Assembly: GCA_964402425.1 (NCBI GenBank)
Contig: CAYOCD010000001.1
Location: 4,349 to 68,348 of the forward strand
DNA: 64,000 bases
Source: an uncultured Gammaproteobacteria bacterium
Lineage (GTDB): Bacteria; Patescibacteriota; Patescibacteriia; UBA9934; GWF2-40-263
Direction of reading: 5' to 3'
Positions 8,571-17,495 of this stretch are shown here, piece after piece. The position numbers were made by a program, and so were the translations under genes. The notes beneath the pieces were generated by a model that saw only the letters and a list, made by a program, of their open reading frames with translations, was not told where the DNA came from and did not search any database. Numbering within the stretch: the stretch's first letter is position 1; each line of letters opens with the position of its first letter.

Positions 8571-8599
8571 AATATACCAACCCTTCAGGTCTTCGTCAA
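8571..8599 (-). promoter_or_regulatory. Sigma70 promoter for the ncRNA/tRNA-Gln transcript
   Basis: TTGACG (8599-94), 17 bp, TGg-TATATT (8576-71). Confidence 0.8.
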
Positions 8600-8602
8600 T
8601 CG

Positions 8603-10207
8603 CTACGCCACGCTCCCACCAAACGCATCCATGAGCGAGGACACAACCTCATCCTTTTCTTTTGCTTTACCGAGCACAGCGTGAATTCTGACAGCTCTTC
8701 CAAGCACGCGCTCTAAAATACTTTCAACAAGTTTGCGGTTTTTTTCTTTGTTCACGGTCTGTACGTATAAATCATATTCAAATGCGAGTTCAACCATATC
8801 CCCGCCAACACTGTTTACTTCACACGCTTGTAAAAACAACGGAAGTGATGCGTTGCATTCTTGAACTTGTGCAAAAACCTCCGGCCATTTACGACGTACT
8901 TCATCTACACTTATCACAGGAACACTGTCAAAAACCTGTTCCGTTGTTGTAAGCGGTTGTCTGTGCACCGGTTCAAGAACCAATTGATCTATCATTTCCA
9001 TCACAGGAACGGTTGTTTCTGTTTCTGTGATGGGTTCTAATGTGACACGTGGTACCTCAACCACAATCGCTTCAACAGAAGGAGGTATCACCGGAATCGT
9101 TTTAACAGATCCACGCACTGAATCAACCCCCGACAACTTGAAATCCCCCGTGCTTTTTACCCTTTCCGCCCTTTCCCCTCCCCCTAAACACAATTCCACA
9201 ATCGCAAGCTCAGCTGGAAGTTGTGGAATCTCATCTGTGCGCATGTGACGACGTGCCGTTAGAAACAAATCAATCGCACAGTTCAAAAATGACATGCGAT
9301 CAGAAGCTTTTGGATCTGCAACGGACGCAAGTAACTGATCACGCAAAGTAGAAATAACATCATCCAAAAAATGCATGAGATCAACACCTTGTTCAATATG
9401 TGCATTCAATTGACGAATCGCTATTGCGGCGTCCCTCTTTGCAAGGGCATCTATAAAATCATTTACAAGAACATCTGTTGTCATGGGCAGCACGAGAGAG
9501 GCAACATCCATACTGATATCCCCCTCATCCAGAGACAAAATTTGCCCGAGCATGCTTTCTGCATCTCGCTCTGACCCTCCGGAGTGTTTTGCAATTCCCA
9601 AAAGGACACTCTCATCAACGTTCCGCTTTTCTTGTTTTGTGATGGATGCGAGTCGTTCGACCATGGCATCTTTGGAAATCTTTTTAAAATCGAAACGCTG
9701 ACAACGACTGAGAATGGTTGCGGGAACTTTATGAATTTCTGTTGTGGCGAGAATGAAGAGGGCGTGTGCCGGCGGCTCCTCTAATGTCTTCAGAAGCGCG
9801 TTAAATGCGCTTGTTGAGAGCATGTGTACCTCATCGATAATGTACACTTTTTTCTTGAGAACACTGGGGGCAAATCTAACATTGCGAATGATGTTCTCGC
9901 GCACATTATCAACGTCCGTATTTGATGCCGCGTCAATTTCAAACACATCCATCGCTTTGCCACTTGTAATTGCAAGACAAGCTTCACATGCATTACATGG
10001 TTCAGCATTATTTCTGTTATCGCAATTCACGGCCTTTGCAAGTAAGCGTGCAACGGTTGTTTTTCCGATTCCGCGTGGGCCCGTAAAAACATACGCATGC
10101 GAAACAGAACCAGACATAATCTGGTTCTGAAGTGTTTGTGTCACATGCGTTTGACCTGTGACATCGGAAAAAACAGAGGGACGATACGTACGATAGAGAG
10201 CCAACAT
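8603..10207 (-). CDS. dnaX: DNA polymerase III subunit gamma/tau
   Basis: LYRTYRP, GPRGIGKTT, Zn cluster, DAASNT, IDEVHML and SRCQRF. Confidence 0.97.
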   Translation of the reverse strand: MLALYRTYRPSVFSDVTGQTHVTQTLQNQIMSGSVSHAYVFTGPRGIGKTTVARLLAKAVNCDNRNNAEPCNACEACLAITSGKAMDVFEIDAASNTDVDNVRENIIRNVRFAPSVLKKKVYIIDEVHMLSTSAFNALLKTLEEPPAHALFILATTEIHKVPATILSRCQRFDFKKISKDAMVERLASITKQEKRNVDESVLLGIAKHSGGSERDAESMLGQILSLDEGDISMDVASLVLPMTTDVLVNDFIDALAKRDAAIAIRQLNAHIEQGVDLMHFLDDVISTLRDQLLASVADPKASDRMSFLNCAIDLFLTARRHMRTDEIPQLPAELAIVELCLGGGERAERVKSTGDFKLSGVDSVRGSVKTIPVIPPSVEAIVVEVPRVTLEPITETETTVPVMEMIDQLVLEPVHRQPLTTTEQVFDSVPVISVDEVRRKWPEVFAQVQECNASLPLFLQACEVNSVGGDMVELAFEYDLYVQTVNKEKNRKLVESILERVLGRAVRIHAVLGKAKEKDEVVSSLMDAFGGSVA

Positions 10208-10250
10208 AGGAGATTCCAATCACAAACAAAAATGACGCATGACGTTCCGA

Positions 10251-10871
10251 TTATCTTCCAATAACCCGCTCAAGAGCCGCCCATACGGATTTTCCGCTTC
10301 CGGGCACAAGAATAACTACTTCATCTCCTGGTACGCCCTTATGATACGAAACGCTTGCTTGTAGAACTTTATACACGTCTTCTCCAACGATGACAATCGG
10401 GGTGTTACTAACGGAATCAACCCCCAAAAGCCCCGTCATTCGACGTCTTTCCGTTGGGGCAATTTGTTTATACACATGCCTTCCGTCCGGCGTCACAATC
10501 AATTTCATCATGTCTCCTTCTACTAATTTGGACTTAGATGCATAATTTTCTGGAACCGCATGACGAAGCCCAGCTGAAGTCACCACAAACATTCCATCAA
10601 AAATACCTTCATGGGTACATGCTCCCGTTTCTTGTTCCACTGTTTGTTCAAACGATTTTTTTCCCATGACAAAATTCACCATTTGGCGTGTAGCACGTGT
10701 TGTGTCGCCATCTTCTAAAAGCTGAATCACATGTGTCATGGATTGTTGAACCTGTTTCAACATCTGAAGAGCGAGTTTTGAGCGAACATCTAGGTCTGCC
10801 GCACGCGGCACAGAGCCTGTGTGCGATGTATCCGGCTCAGAGGCGAATTCGATTTCGTCTTCATCGTTCAT
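10251..10871 (-). CDS. Conserved CPR hypothetical protein
   Basis: EGIFDG...VPENYASKSKLVEGD...YKQI...YKVL.ASV pattern, recalled as a family widespread in CPR. Confidence 0.8.
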   Translation of the reverse strand: MNDEDEIEFASEPDTSHTGSVPRAADLDVRSKLALQMLKQVQQSMTHVIQLLEDGDTTRATRQMVNFVMGKKSFEQTVEQETGACTHEGIFDGMFVVTSAGLRHAVPENYASKSKLVEGDMMKLIVTPDGRHVYKQIAPTERRRMTGLLGVDSVSNTPIVIVGEDVYKVLQASVSYHKGVPGDEVVILVPGSGKSVWAALERVIGR

Positions 10872-10891
10872 ATGTTTTTTTATTTTTGTTT

Positions 10892-13459
10892 TTACCCTTC
10901 TCCAAACGGAGAAGGTTGTGGGGCGGATTGATTCAAAGAGGTTCGTTCTAAAATTTCCTCTTGAACAATCTGTCTGTTGCGTCCGTATTTTAATCGAGAT
11001 AATTCTTTAATCGCCTCCGCAAGTTTTTTATCTCCTTTTGGCGCTTGAAAAATATTCATGGTGAATGGTTTCATTTGCGCGTTATCAACGATCATTTTTA
11101 CGTACCACGTATACTTGTCCGAGTTCATGAGGTCATAGCCCGTAAAATCCGGTGTGTAAATTTTTTCAAATACCTCTACATCTTCTGGTCCGATACGCGC
11201 CACAAATTGTGTTCCAACGTTTCCAAACACCGCGTCTTTGATCTTTGTATCGTTATTTTTAACAAGCTGTCCTACGTACTGGTGAGCGATAATCAAATTT
11301 AAGCGATACTTACGTGCCTCAGACAAAATAGTCGCAATGGAGTCTGTAATAAAGTTCTGAAACTCGTCAATGTAAAGATAAAAATCATGTCGATCTTCTT
11401 CTGGGATATCTGCACGACCAAGTGCGGCCATCTGAAGTTTTGAGACGATGATGAGTCCGAGCAACTCCGAGTTTACATCCCCTGTCTTTCCCTTTGAAAG
11501 GTTGACGAGCAAGATCTTTTTCTGATCCATGACTTCTCTGAAGTCAAACGCGGACTTTTGTTGTCCGATGATGTTTCGCATCATTTCGTTTTCCACAAAT
11601 CGACCAACCTTTGAAATCAAATACCCGAGCATTTCTGATTTGTGAAAATCTGACGTCTTATCGACTTCATTCTCCCAAAACGACTTCACAACCGGATCTG
11701 TTAATTTTGCACGCCACATTTTTTGAAATGCCTCATCCGACACCATGCGCGGGATTTCTGCGATCGTTCCACACTCATTTGGATCGCTCATGAGCGTTAA
11801 CATGAAGTTACGCATGTTATGCTCAAACATTGGACCGATCATCTCTGGCGGAAACAACTTATAAAAAATAGCGATCATTTCCTGCACGGCAAAATCCTTC
11901 ATGCTTTCATCCTTCACTTCAAGCATGTTGAGTCCCATGGGACGCTCAAGATCTGACGGATTAAACACAATCACATCGTCAATGCGTTCACGTGGAATAT
12001 TTTGAAGGATGCGTTCAATCAAATCTCCATGTGGTTCCACAACCGCAACACCATGTCCCGCCTTAATATCCTCAAGCGCATAGCGTGCGATGGTTTCCGA
12101 CTTACCCGAACCAGACTTACCAATAATGTACATGTGACGAGAACGATCTGCTGCTTTCATCCACACTTCCGTCTTCACTCCTCGATACGTGTTATATCCA
12201 AGCTGGATATCTCCGCGTCCTGGACCATCAGGAACACCTGTTGGAACCGGACCTTTGCGAGCAATCAACCATTCAATGTTTGGTGTTTCCGTCCAAGCAA
12301 GCGGAAGATGCCAAACACTCGCCATCTCTTCCGCATTCATGACAATTTTGGATTTATGCTCAAATGTTCGATAAATAAATTTTTGCACGACCTTCTTCTC
12401 TGAACCTGGAAATACTTTTACGAATGAATTTCCGTACTCATACACATTGTATTGCGAAAACGCATTTAACATGTTTTGCATGAGCATTTTTGCGGATGAT
12501 ACGTTTGTTGAAGAAGCAATCAAGCGAACACAGACATCCATTCCAGCCTTACTTGCTTTCTCTTCAAGACCTTTTATAACTTCCTCTTCTTGTGGTCCAA
12601 GTCTATAATCTTTTTTCTCAACCTTTTCTTCTTTACTCACAATTCCAGAAAGTGTTGCGAATTCCCCAATAAAACCCTGTGATTTTTTTTTCCCTGCAAC
12701 AGCTTCACTCATCTTCATTCCTTGTTGCATGCGACGTGCAATTTCAATTCCACGCGCGCGCCATGAGCTCCGTGCAGAACGTACGATAAACTGAAAAGCA
12801 CCCCCGTCTTCTTCTGGAAGTTTTGAAAAGACGTTTGTAAGAGCGTTCAACGGGTCTTTATCAAGCTTTTTATATGTTTTAATTGGAAACGCACTTTCAC
12901 GTTTAAACGACAAATAACTTCCAAGAATAACTCCTTTTGGATGAAAAATATTGTAATCTTCTACCTCTTCCACGTGTGCAAACGGAAACGCGGAACTGAT
13001 TTGCTGTTCCGCAAACTCTTTATATTTAACGGGGGCGATCAAAAAAAACTTGATCAATTTTTTTTGCACCACAATTTCAAAAGAAAATTCATCTGTTCTT
13101 CCGTGTAGCCATGCATGAAATCCTTTTTCTGCTTTTAATCCACCAATAGCCGCAAAAAAAGTCTCTGCTGCCGCAATAGCCTCCTGCACCTGTTCTTTTT
13201 GTGGACCACGCTGACTTTCTTCTTCATGACGAAACTTAGGAAGGGTTACTTGTAAAATAACCTTATGAAAGGTTTTACTACGAAGTGTGGTGAAGTTGTG
13301 AAGAATATATCTATAAAGAAGCAACCCTAACAAAACAAGAGCTCCAACACCAAGCGCAGCAAAAATGATGTATGCATATGTTAAATCAAATTCCACCGCA
13401 TTGGTCGCGACGGAAAGTAATTCATCTTCTGCTTGAAATCCAAGGGCAAAAAGTATCAC
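10892..13459 (-). CDS. VirD4/TraD-like (type IV coupling protein / HerA-FtsK family) ATPase
   Basis: N-terminal TM, HMYIIGKSGSGKS Walker A, LYIDEFQNF Walker B, EARKY..AHQ; GTG start at 13459 abuts the upstream stop codon. Confidence 0.9.
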   Translation of the reverse strand: MILFALGFQAEDELLSVATNAVEFDLTYAYIIFAALGVGALVLLGLLLYRYILHNFTTLRSKTFHKVILQVTLPKFRHEEESQRGPQKEQVQEAIAAAETFFAAIGGLKAEKGFHAWLHGRTDEFSFEIVVQKKLIKFFLIAPVKYKEFAEQQISSAFPFAHVEEVEDYNIFHPKGVILGSYLSFKRESAFPIKTYKKLDKDPLNALTNVFSKLPEEDGGAFQFIVRSARSSWRARGIEIARRMQQGMKMSEAVAGKKKSQGFIGEFATLSGIVSKEEKVEKKDYRLGPQEEEVIKGLEEKASKAGMDVCVRLIASSTNVSSAKMLMQNMLNAFSQYNVYEYGNSFVKVFPGSEKKVVQKFIYRTFEHKSKIVMNAEEMASVWHLPLAWTETPNIEWLIARKGPVPTGVPDGPGRGDIQLGYNTYRGVKTEVWMKAADRSRHMYIIGKSGSGKSETIARYALEDIKAGHGVAVVEPHGDLIERILQNIPRERIDDVIVFNPSDLERPMGLNMLEVKDESMKDFAVQEMIAIFYKLFPPEMIGPMFEHNMRNFMLTLMSDPNECGTIAEIPRMVSDEAFQKMWRAKLTDPVVKSFWENEVDKTSDFHKSEMLGYLISKVGRFVENEMMRNIIGQQKSAFDFREVMDQKKILLVNLSKGKTGDVNSELLGLIIVSKLQMAALGRADIPEEDRHDFYLYIDEFQNFITDSIATILSEARKYRLNLIIAHQYVGQLVKNNDTKIKDAVFGNVGTQFVARIGPEDVEVFEKIYTPDFTGYDLMNSDKYTWYVKMIVDNAQMKPFTMNIFQAPKGDKKLAEAIKELSRLKYGRNRQIVQEEILERTSLNQSAPQPSPFGEG

Positions 13460-13460
13460 A

Positions 13461-13994
13461 TTATAGATTGGACCCTCGTTTTTTTTCTTCTTCTGAGACA
13501 AGCAAAATTTTATCCGTCTTAATTTTTGCCTCTTGTTCAAGAAAAAAACGATTTACACCTGGGATCGTTTTGAGCCAAGCGCGGATCAGTTGAAAAATTT
13601 TTTTAACATTTACATGCGCAGCACGCACAAGTTCTCGGACAGCAGAGAGTGTTTCTTCTCCTTTTTGACGAAACATTGCTTGATTCTCTTTTGGCAAAGC
13701 CAAATAAAGATCTTTTAAATCTTCTTCCAAAATTTCTTCAATTTCTTGCGTAAACCGATCCTTTGCGGGTTTGTGTACAGCAACAGGAGCGGGTGGTGGA
13801 GGGAGGTTTCTCTCAACACGCACAGATTGCCCCATTTGCATTTCTTGTTCTTTTGGTTGTTCTTTTTCTTTCTTTCCAACAACCTCAACAACCGGAGAAA
13901 CTTCCGGTGTGATGAGTTGATTTTGCGCAACTTCTGGTTGTGCAAGAATCACTTCTTTTGACGGTTCTTTTTTTACAGCAGAGATCGGATCCAT
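13461..13994 (-). CDS. Conserved CPR hypothetical protein
   Basis: C-terminal IEEILEEDL...WLKTIPGVNRFFLEQEAKIKTDKI; coupled to the ATPase gene. Confidence 0.8.
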   Translation of the reverse strand: MDPISAVKKEPSKEVILAQPEVAQNQLITPEVSPVVEVVGKKEKEQPKEQEMQMGQSVRVERNLPPPPAPVAVHKPAKDRFTQEIEEILEEDLKDLYLALPKENQAMFRQKGEETLSAVRELVRAAHVNVKKIFQLIRAWLKTIPGVNRFFLEQEAKIKTDKILLVSEEEKKRGSNL

Positions 13995-14009
13995 ATCACG
14001 ATCATTGTA

Positions 14010-15377
14010 TCACATTTCACGTACCTTCTGTCCGTCTGATTTATCCTCAACAATAAATCCTAATTTTTCAATCTCTGTGCGCAGACGATCAGACTCCGCA
14101 TAGTTCTTTTCTGATCGGGCCATCGCACGCATATCAAGAAGATGTTGCACCTCAACAGGGATTTCAACAGACTTTCCAATAAATGACTGAAGGTTCAACC
14201 CAAGCACCTGATCAAACTTCAAAAGAGATTCTGCTTTTGCAGACGTTGACTCATGAGAATCAACCAGTTGCCACAAAATCGACAATGCTTCTGGTGTATT
14301 CAAATCATCATTCAATGACGCAAGAAATCGCTCCTCAAATTCAGCACAACCCATCTTTGGAGCATCCCACGACCGAACCGTTTGACGCAAACGATTCAAC
14401 GCATTCTGCGCCCCCTCAAGAGACTCCCATGTAAAATTCAACTTTGATCGATAATGCGCTTGCAAACACAAATAACGAAACGCAAGTGGATCAAATCCCT
14501 TCTGAATCAGCTGATCGATTGTGTAAACATTCCCGAGGGACTTGGACATTTTGCCGCCATCTACCGTAATAAACTCATTGTGCATCCAGTAGTTTGCTTC
14601 AAGCTCCCCTTCTGCACCCTGCGTCTGCGCGATCTCATTTTCATGATGAACGGCAATGTGATCGATTCCGCCTGTGTGAACATCAAACGGAACACCGAGA
14701 TATTTTTTTGACATGGCAGAACATTCAATGTGCCAACCGGGGAATCCAACACCCCAAGGCGACTCCCATTCCATTTCTCGTTTTACATCCAAAGGACTGA
14801 ACTTCCAAAGCGCAAAATCTGTTGCATTTTTCTTTTCTCCCATATCCACACGAGATCCCGCTTGTTTCTCTTCTGATCGTTGACCGGATAGCCGACCATA
14901 GTCCGGCAACTTTGACGTATCAAAATAAATCCCATCAGAAGTTTGGTAAGTAAATCCATTCTTTTCGAGCTGAGCGATCATTTCTATCTGTTCACGTATG
15001 TGATCGGTTGCACGTGGATACCTTGTAGCAGGAGTGATATTTAATTTCTCAAGATCTTGGAAAAAAGCTTGCGCATAAAATTCCGCAATATCATAAGCCG
15101 TTTTACCTTCACGCATCATGGCAACAATCATTTTGTCTTCTCCTTCATCACCATCACCAACAAGGTGTCCAACATCTGTGATATTCATCACTTGTTCAAC
15201 GGTAAATCCATTAAATCTGAGTGTACGACAAAGCACATCTGCAAACAAAAAAGCTCGCATGTTTCCAATATGTGCAAACCAATAAACGGTCGGGCCACAT
15301 GAGTAAACACCGACAGTATTTGGGTGAATCGATTGAAATTCCTGTTTTGATCTAACGAGAGTGTTATAAAACAACAT
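14010..15377 (-). CDS. cysS: Cysteine--tRNA ligase
   Basis: CGPTVY, HIGN, PGWHIECSAM and KMSKS. Confidence 0.98.
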   Translation of the reverse strand: MLFYNTLVRSKQEFQSIHPNTVGVYSCGPTVYWFAHIGNMRAFLFADVLCRTLRFNGFTVEQVMNITDVGHLVGDGDEGEDKMIVAMMREGKTAYDIAEFYAQAFFQDLEKLNITPATRYPRATDHIREQIEMIAQLEKNGFTYQTSDGIYFDTSKLPDYGRLSGQRSEEKQAGSRVDMGEKKNATDFALWKFSPLDVKREMEWESPWGVGFPGWHIECSAMSKKYLGVPFDVHTGGIDHIAVHHENEIAQTQGAEGELEANYWMHNEFITVDGGKMSKSLGNVYTIDQLIQKGFDPLAFRYLCLQAHYRSKLNFTWESLEGAQNALNRLRQTVRSWDAPKMGCAEFEERFLASLNDDLNTPEALSILWQLVDSHESTSAKAESLLKFDQVLGLNLQSFIGKSVEIPVEVQHLLDMRAMARSEKNYAESDRLRTEIEKLGFIVEDKSDGQKVREM

Positions 15378-15452
15378 ACGAAGCAAGTATAGCAGAAAGA
15401 CAAGGAGCAGGAAAAAGAAAATCGACTCATGATAAGTCGATTTTTTTATCCG

Positions 15453-15818
15453 TTATTTTGCAAACGCAACAGACCCTTCACGCACATCCACATACACAGC
15501 TCTGTCAACAGGAACCATTCCAATCATTTTGACAGCGTGTTGAATATTATCAAGAGATTGCGCTTGATGAATTTCTAATTCAGATTGTTGATTTGCGACT
15601 GAAAGCTCATGAATCGTTGTTTCCAAATCGCGGATTTGATACCCCTTGGATGTTGTACTGTTTACTTGCACAATATATGCCAAACAAACAATCAACAGCA
15701 CAGCAAATGTAACAATGTTTACACGTGTAACATTTGTCGTGATCCAAAGCGGAAGCGAACTTGCTCGAAATGGTCGAGCTAATTGATACGTAAGCGATGT
15801 TTGAGCGAATGGGGACAT
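15453..15818 (-). CDS. ftsL: Cell division protein FtsL-like
   Basis: Single TM followed by a coiled coil (GYQIRDLE...), directly downstream of rsmH. Confidence 0.7.
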   Translation of the reverse strand: MSPFAQTSLTYQLARPFRASSLPLWITTNVTRVNIVTFAVLLIVCLAYIVQVNSTTSKGYQIRDLETTIHELSVANQQSELEIHQAQSLDNIQHAVKMIGMVPVDRAVYVDVREGSVAFAK

Positions 15819-15846
15819 AGCGTGGGGGGCTCCTTTTATTTTTGTT

Positions 15847-16722
15847 TTATATTTTGATGGCGACCCGGAGTTTTGCACTTCTCGATCGAGGATTTGCTTT
15901 TATTTCCTCACGAGACGGGGCAACAGGACGCTTTGTCAACATCTCCAAATTGGGATGTGACTTAAAAAACTGTTTGACGATTCTATCTTCCAGTGAATGA
16001 AACGTGATGATTCCAAGGCGTCCACCGAGCGCAAGTGCATCCACGCATTGTGGAAGAGCACGCTCAAGTTCACCAAGTTCATCGTTCACGGCAATGCGGA
16101 GTGCTTGAAACACCTTTGTTGCCGGATGAGTAGGTCCGTGTTGATGCACAACGGTCGTGACAAGGTTTGCCAAGTCGGTTGTTGTATCAATTGCGGTGTG
16201 TCGTCGAGATTCGACAATCACACGTGCAATGTCTGCCGCACGAACTTCTTCTCCATAAATACGAAAGATACGCGCCAACGATTCCTCGCTCCACTCATGC
16301 ACAATTTCTGCGGCAGTGACTTCCGACGTCGGATCATAGCGCATATCAAGCGGACCTTCCTTCATAAAAGAAAATCCACGAGACGCATCTTCAATGTGCA
16401 AACTGGAATATCCTAAATCTAGAAGCATTCCATTTGCCCGATTGAAATCATGCGCGCGTGCAAGCTCGGAAACATTGGCATACGAATCGTTTACATAAAC
16501 GATTTTATCGCCATAATTTTCTAAACGCTCACGAGCGATTGCGAGATTGACTGGATCTCGATCGATTGCGAGAAGACGGCCCCCAGGGAGGATGCGTTCT
16601 GCGATGGCAGATGCATGCCCTCCCTGCCCCACGGTTCCGTCAATAAAAACCTGATTCGGCTCCGGTTGAAGGTAGGTCAATACCTCCTCAAGTAAGACAG
16701 GAATATGTTGGATCTTGGTCAT
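15847..16722 (-). CDS. rsmH: 16S rRNA m4C1402 methyltransferase
   Basis: HIPVLL, DGTVGQGGHA, RGFSF..GPLDMR, FHSLEDRIVK and NPRSRSAKLR. Confidence 0.98.
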   Translation of the reverse strand: MTKIQHIPVLLEEVLTYLQPEPNQVFIDGTVGQGGHASAIAERILPGGRLLAIDRDPVNLAIARERLENYGDKIVYVNDSYANVSELARAHDFNRANGMLLDLGYSSLHIEDASRGFSFMKEGPLDMRYDPTSEVTAAEIVHEWSEESLARIFRIYGEEVRAADIARVIVESRRHTAIDTTTDLANLVTTVVHQHGPTHPATKVFQALRIAVNDELGELERALPQCVDALALGGRLGIITFHSLEDRIVKQFFKSHPNLEMLTKRPVAPSREEIKANPRSRSAKLRVAIKI

Positions 16723-16762
16723 ATATTCTTCTGCCCCCTTTTATAGCCGGGAGAAAGTATTT

Positions 16763-16840
16763 GTCATCCTGAGCGACTATTTTCTGTTTAGCTGAAGAAT
16801 CTCGCGTTAGCATAAGATTCTTCGCTTTGCTCAGAATGAC
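16763..16840. repeat. REP-like palindromic dimer between mraZ and rsmH
   Basis: GTCATCCTGAGCGA...GAAGAATCT..AGATTCTTCGCTTTGCTCAGAATGAC. Confidence 0.8.
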
Positions 16841-16867
16841 ACAGACACACTCTCCCGGCTCTCCGAG

Positions 16868-17299
16868 TTATACACCGAGCTCTCCGAGTTGCTCCGCAAC
16901 CGACTCTGCATCCTCCTCCATCTTGGATTTATACGCGTTCCATGATGTTTCGTCCCAAAGTTCGAGACGTGTGTAGAGTCCAGCGATGACAACAGACTTT
17001 TGAAGCCCTGCGTATACTCGGAGATATTCCGGCAACATGACTCTTCCCTGCTTATCAACCTCCACGTCCATAGCACCCGCAAGCATGAGTCGGGCGAAAG
17101 CGCGTGAATTTGATTGCCCCAGGGGCAAACTCGCTAATTTTTCAGCGAGCTTATCCCACTCCTCCTTGGGGAACAGAAAAAGAGACGTATCGAGACCTCG
17201 AGTAACGACCGCACCCTTTGATAAATCTGCACGAAATTTAATGGGAATCGCTAAGCGACCCTTTTCGTCGATTGTATGTTTATACTCGCCTATAAACAC
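16868..17299 (-). CDS. mraZ: Transcriptional regulator MraZ
   Basis: MFIGEY.HTIDEKGRLAIP and DKQGRV motifs; GTG start. Confidence 0.97.
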   Translation of the reverse strand: MFIGEYKHTIDEKGRLAIPIKFRADLSKGAVVTRGLDTSLFLFPKEEWDKLAEKLASLPLGQSNSRAFARLMLAGAMDVEVDKQGRVMLPEYLRVYAGLQKSVVIAGLYTRLELWDETSWNAYKSKMEEDAESVAEQLGELGV

Positions 17300-17368
17300 A
17301 GGGGGTACGATTTAAGTGGTGGATTATTTTTTAGAAAATAAAGTGAGCACCGGATGTTCATCCAGTCC

Positions 17369-17419
17369 CCACTCTGTACCACTTGCAACCATTTTAAACC
17401 ACCAAGAACCACGGGTCAA
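17369..17419 (-). promoter_or_regulatory. mraZ promoter overlapped by five MraZ boxes
   Basis: TTGACC-17-TAAAAT; GTGG/ATGG motifs every 10 bp (CCAC/CCAT at 17369, 17379, 17389, 17399, 17409). Confidence 0.85.
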
Positions 17420-17437
17420 CACAATGTTCCACTCTAC

Positions 17438-17446
17438 TGTGGATAA
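17438..17446. promoter_or_regulatory. Perfect DnaA box upstream of mraZ
   Basis: TGTGGATAA (reverse complement TTATCCACA). Confidence 0.6.
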
Positions 17447-17495
17447 CCTAACAAAAAAAGAATCGTATTGATTCTTTTTGATTTCACATCTGAAT

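Noticed and set aside
10892-13459. Conjugative element or prophage
   Set aside because: No integrase, relaxase, VirB or phage structural genes; the gene is flanked by core genes.
13460-13540. N-terminal extension of the coupling-protein ORF (and similar extended starts for nrdJ, ftsL, the GT gene and pgsA)
   Set aside because: The extensions overlap neighbouring genes or promoters; downstream starts fit better.
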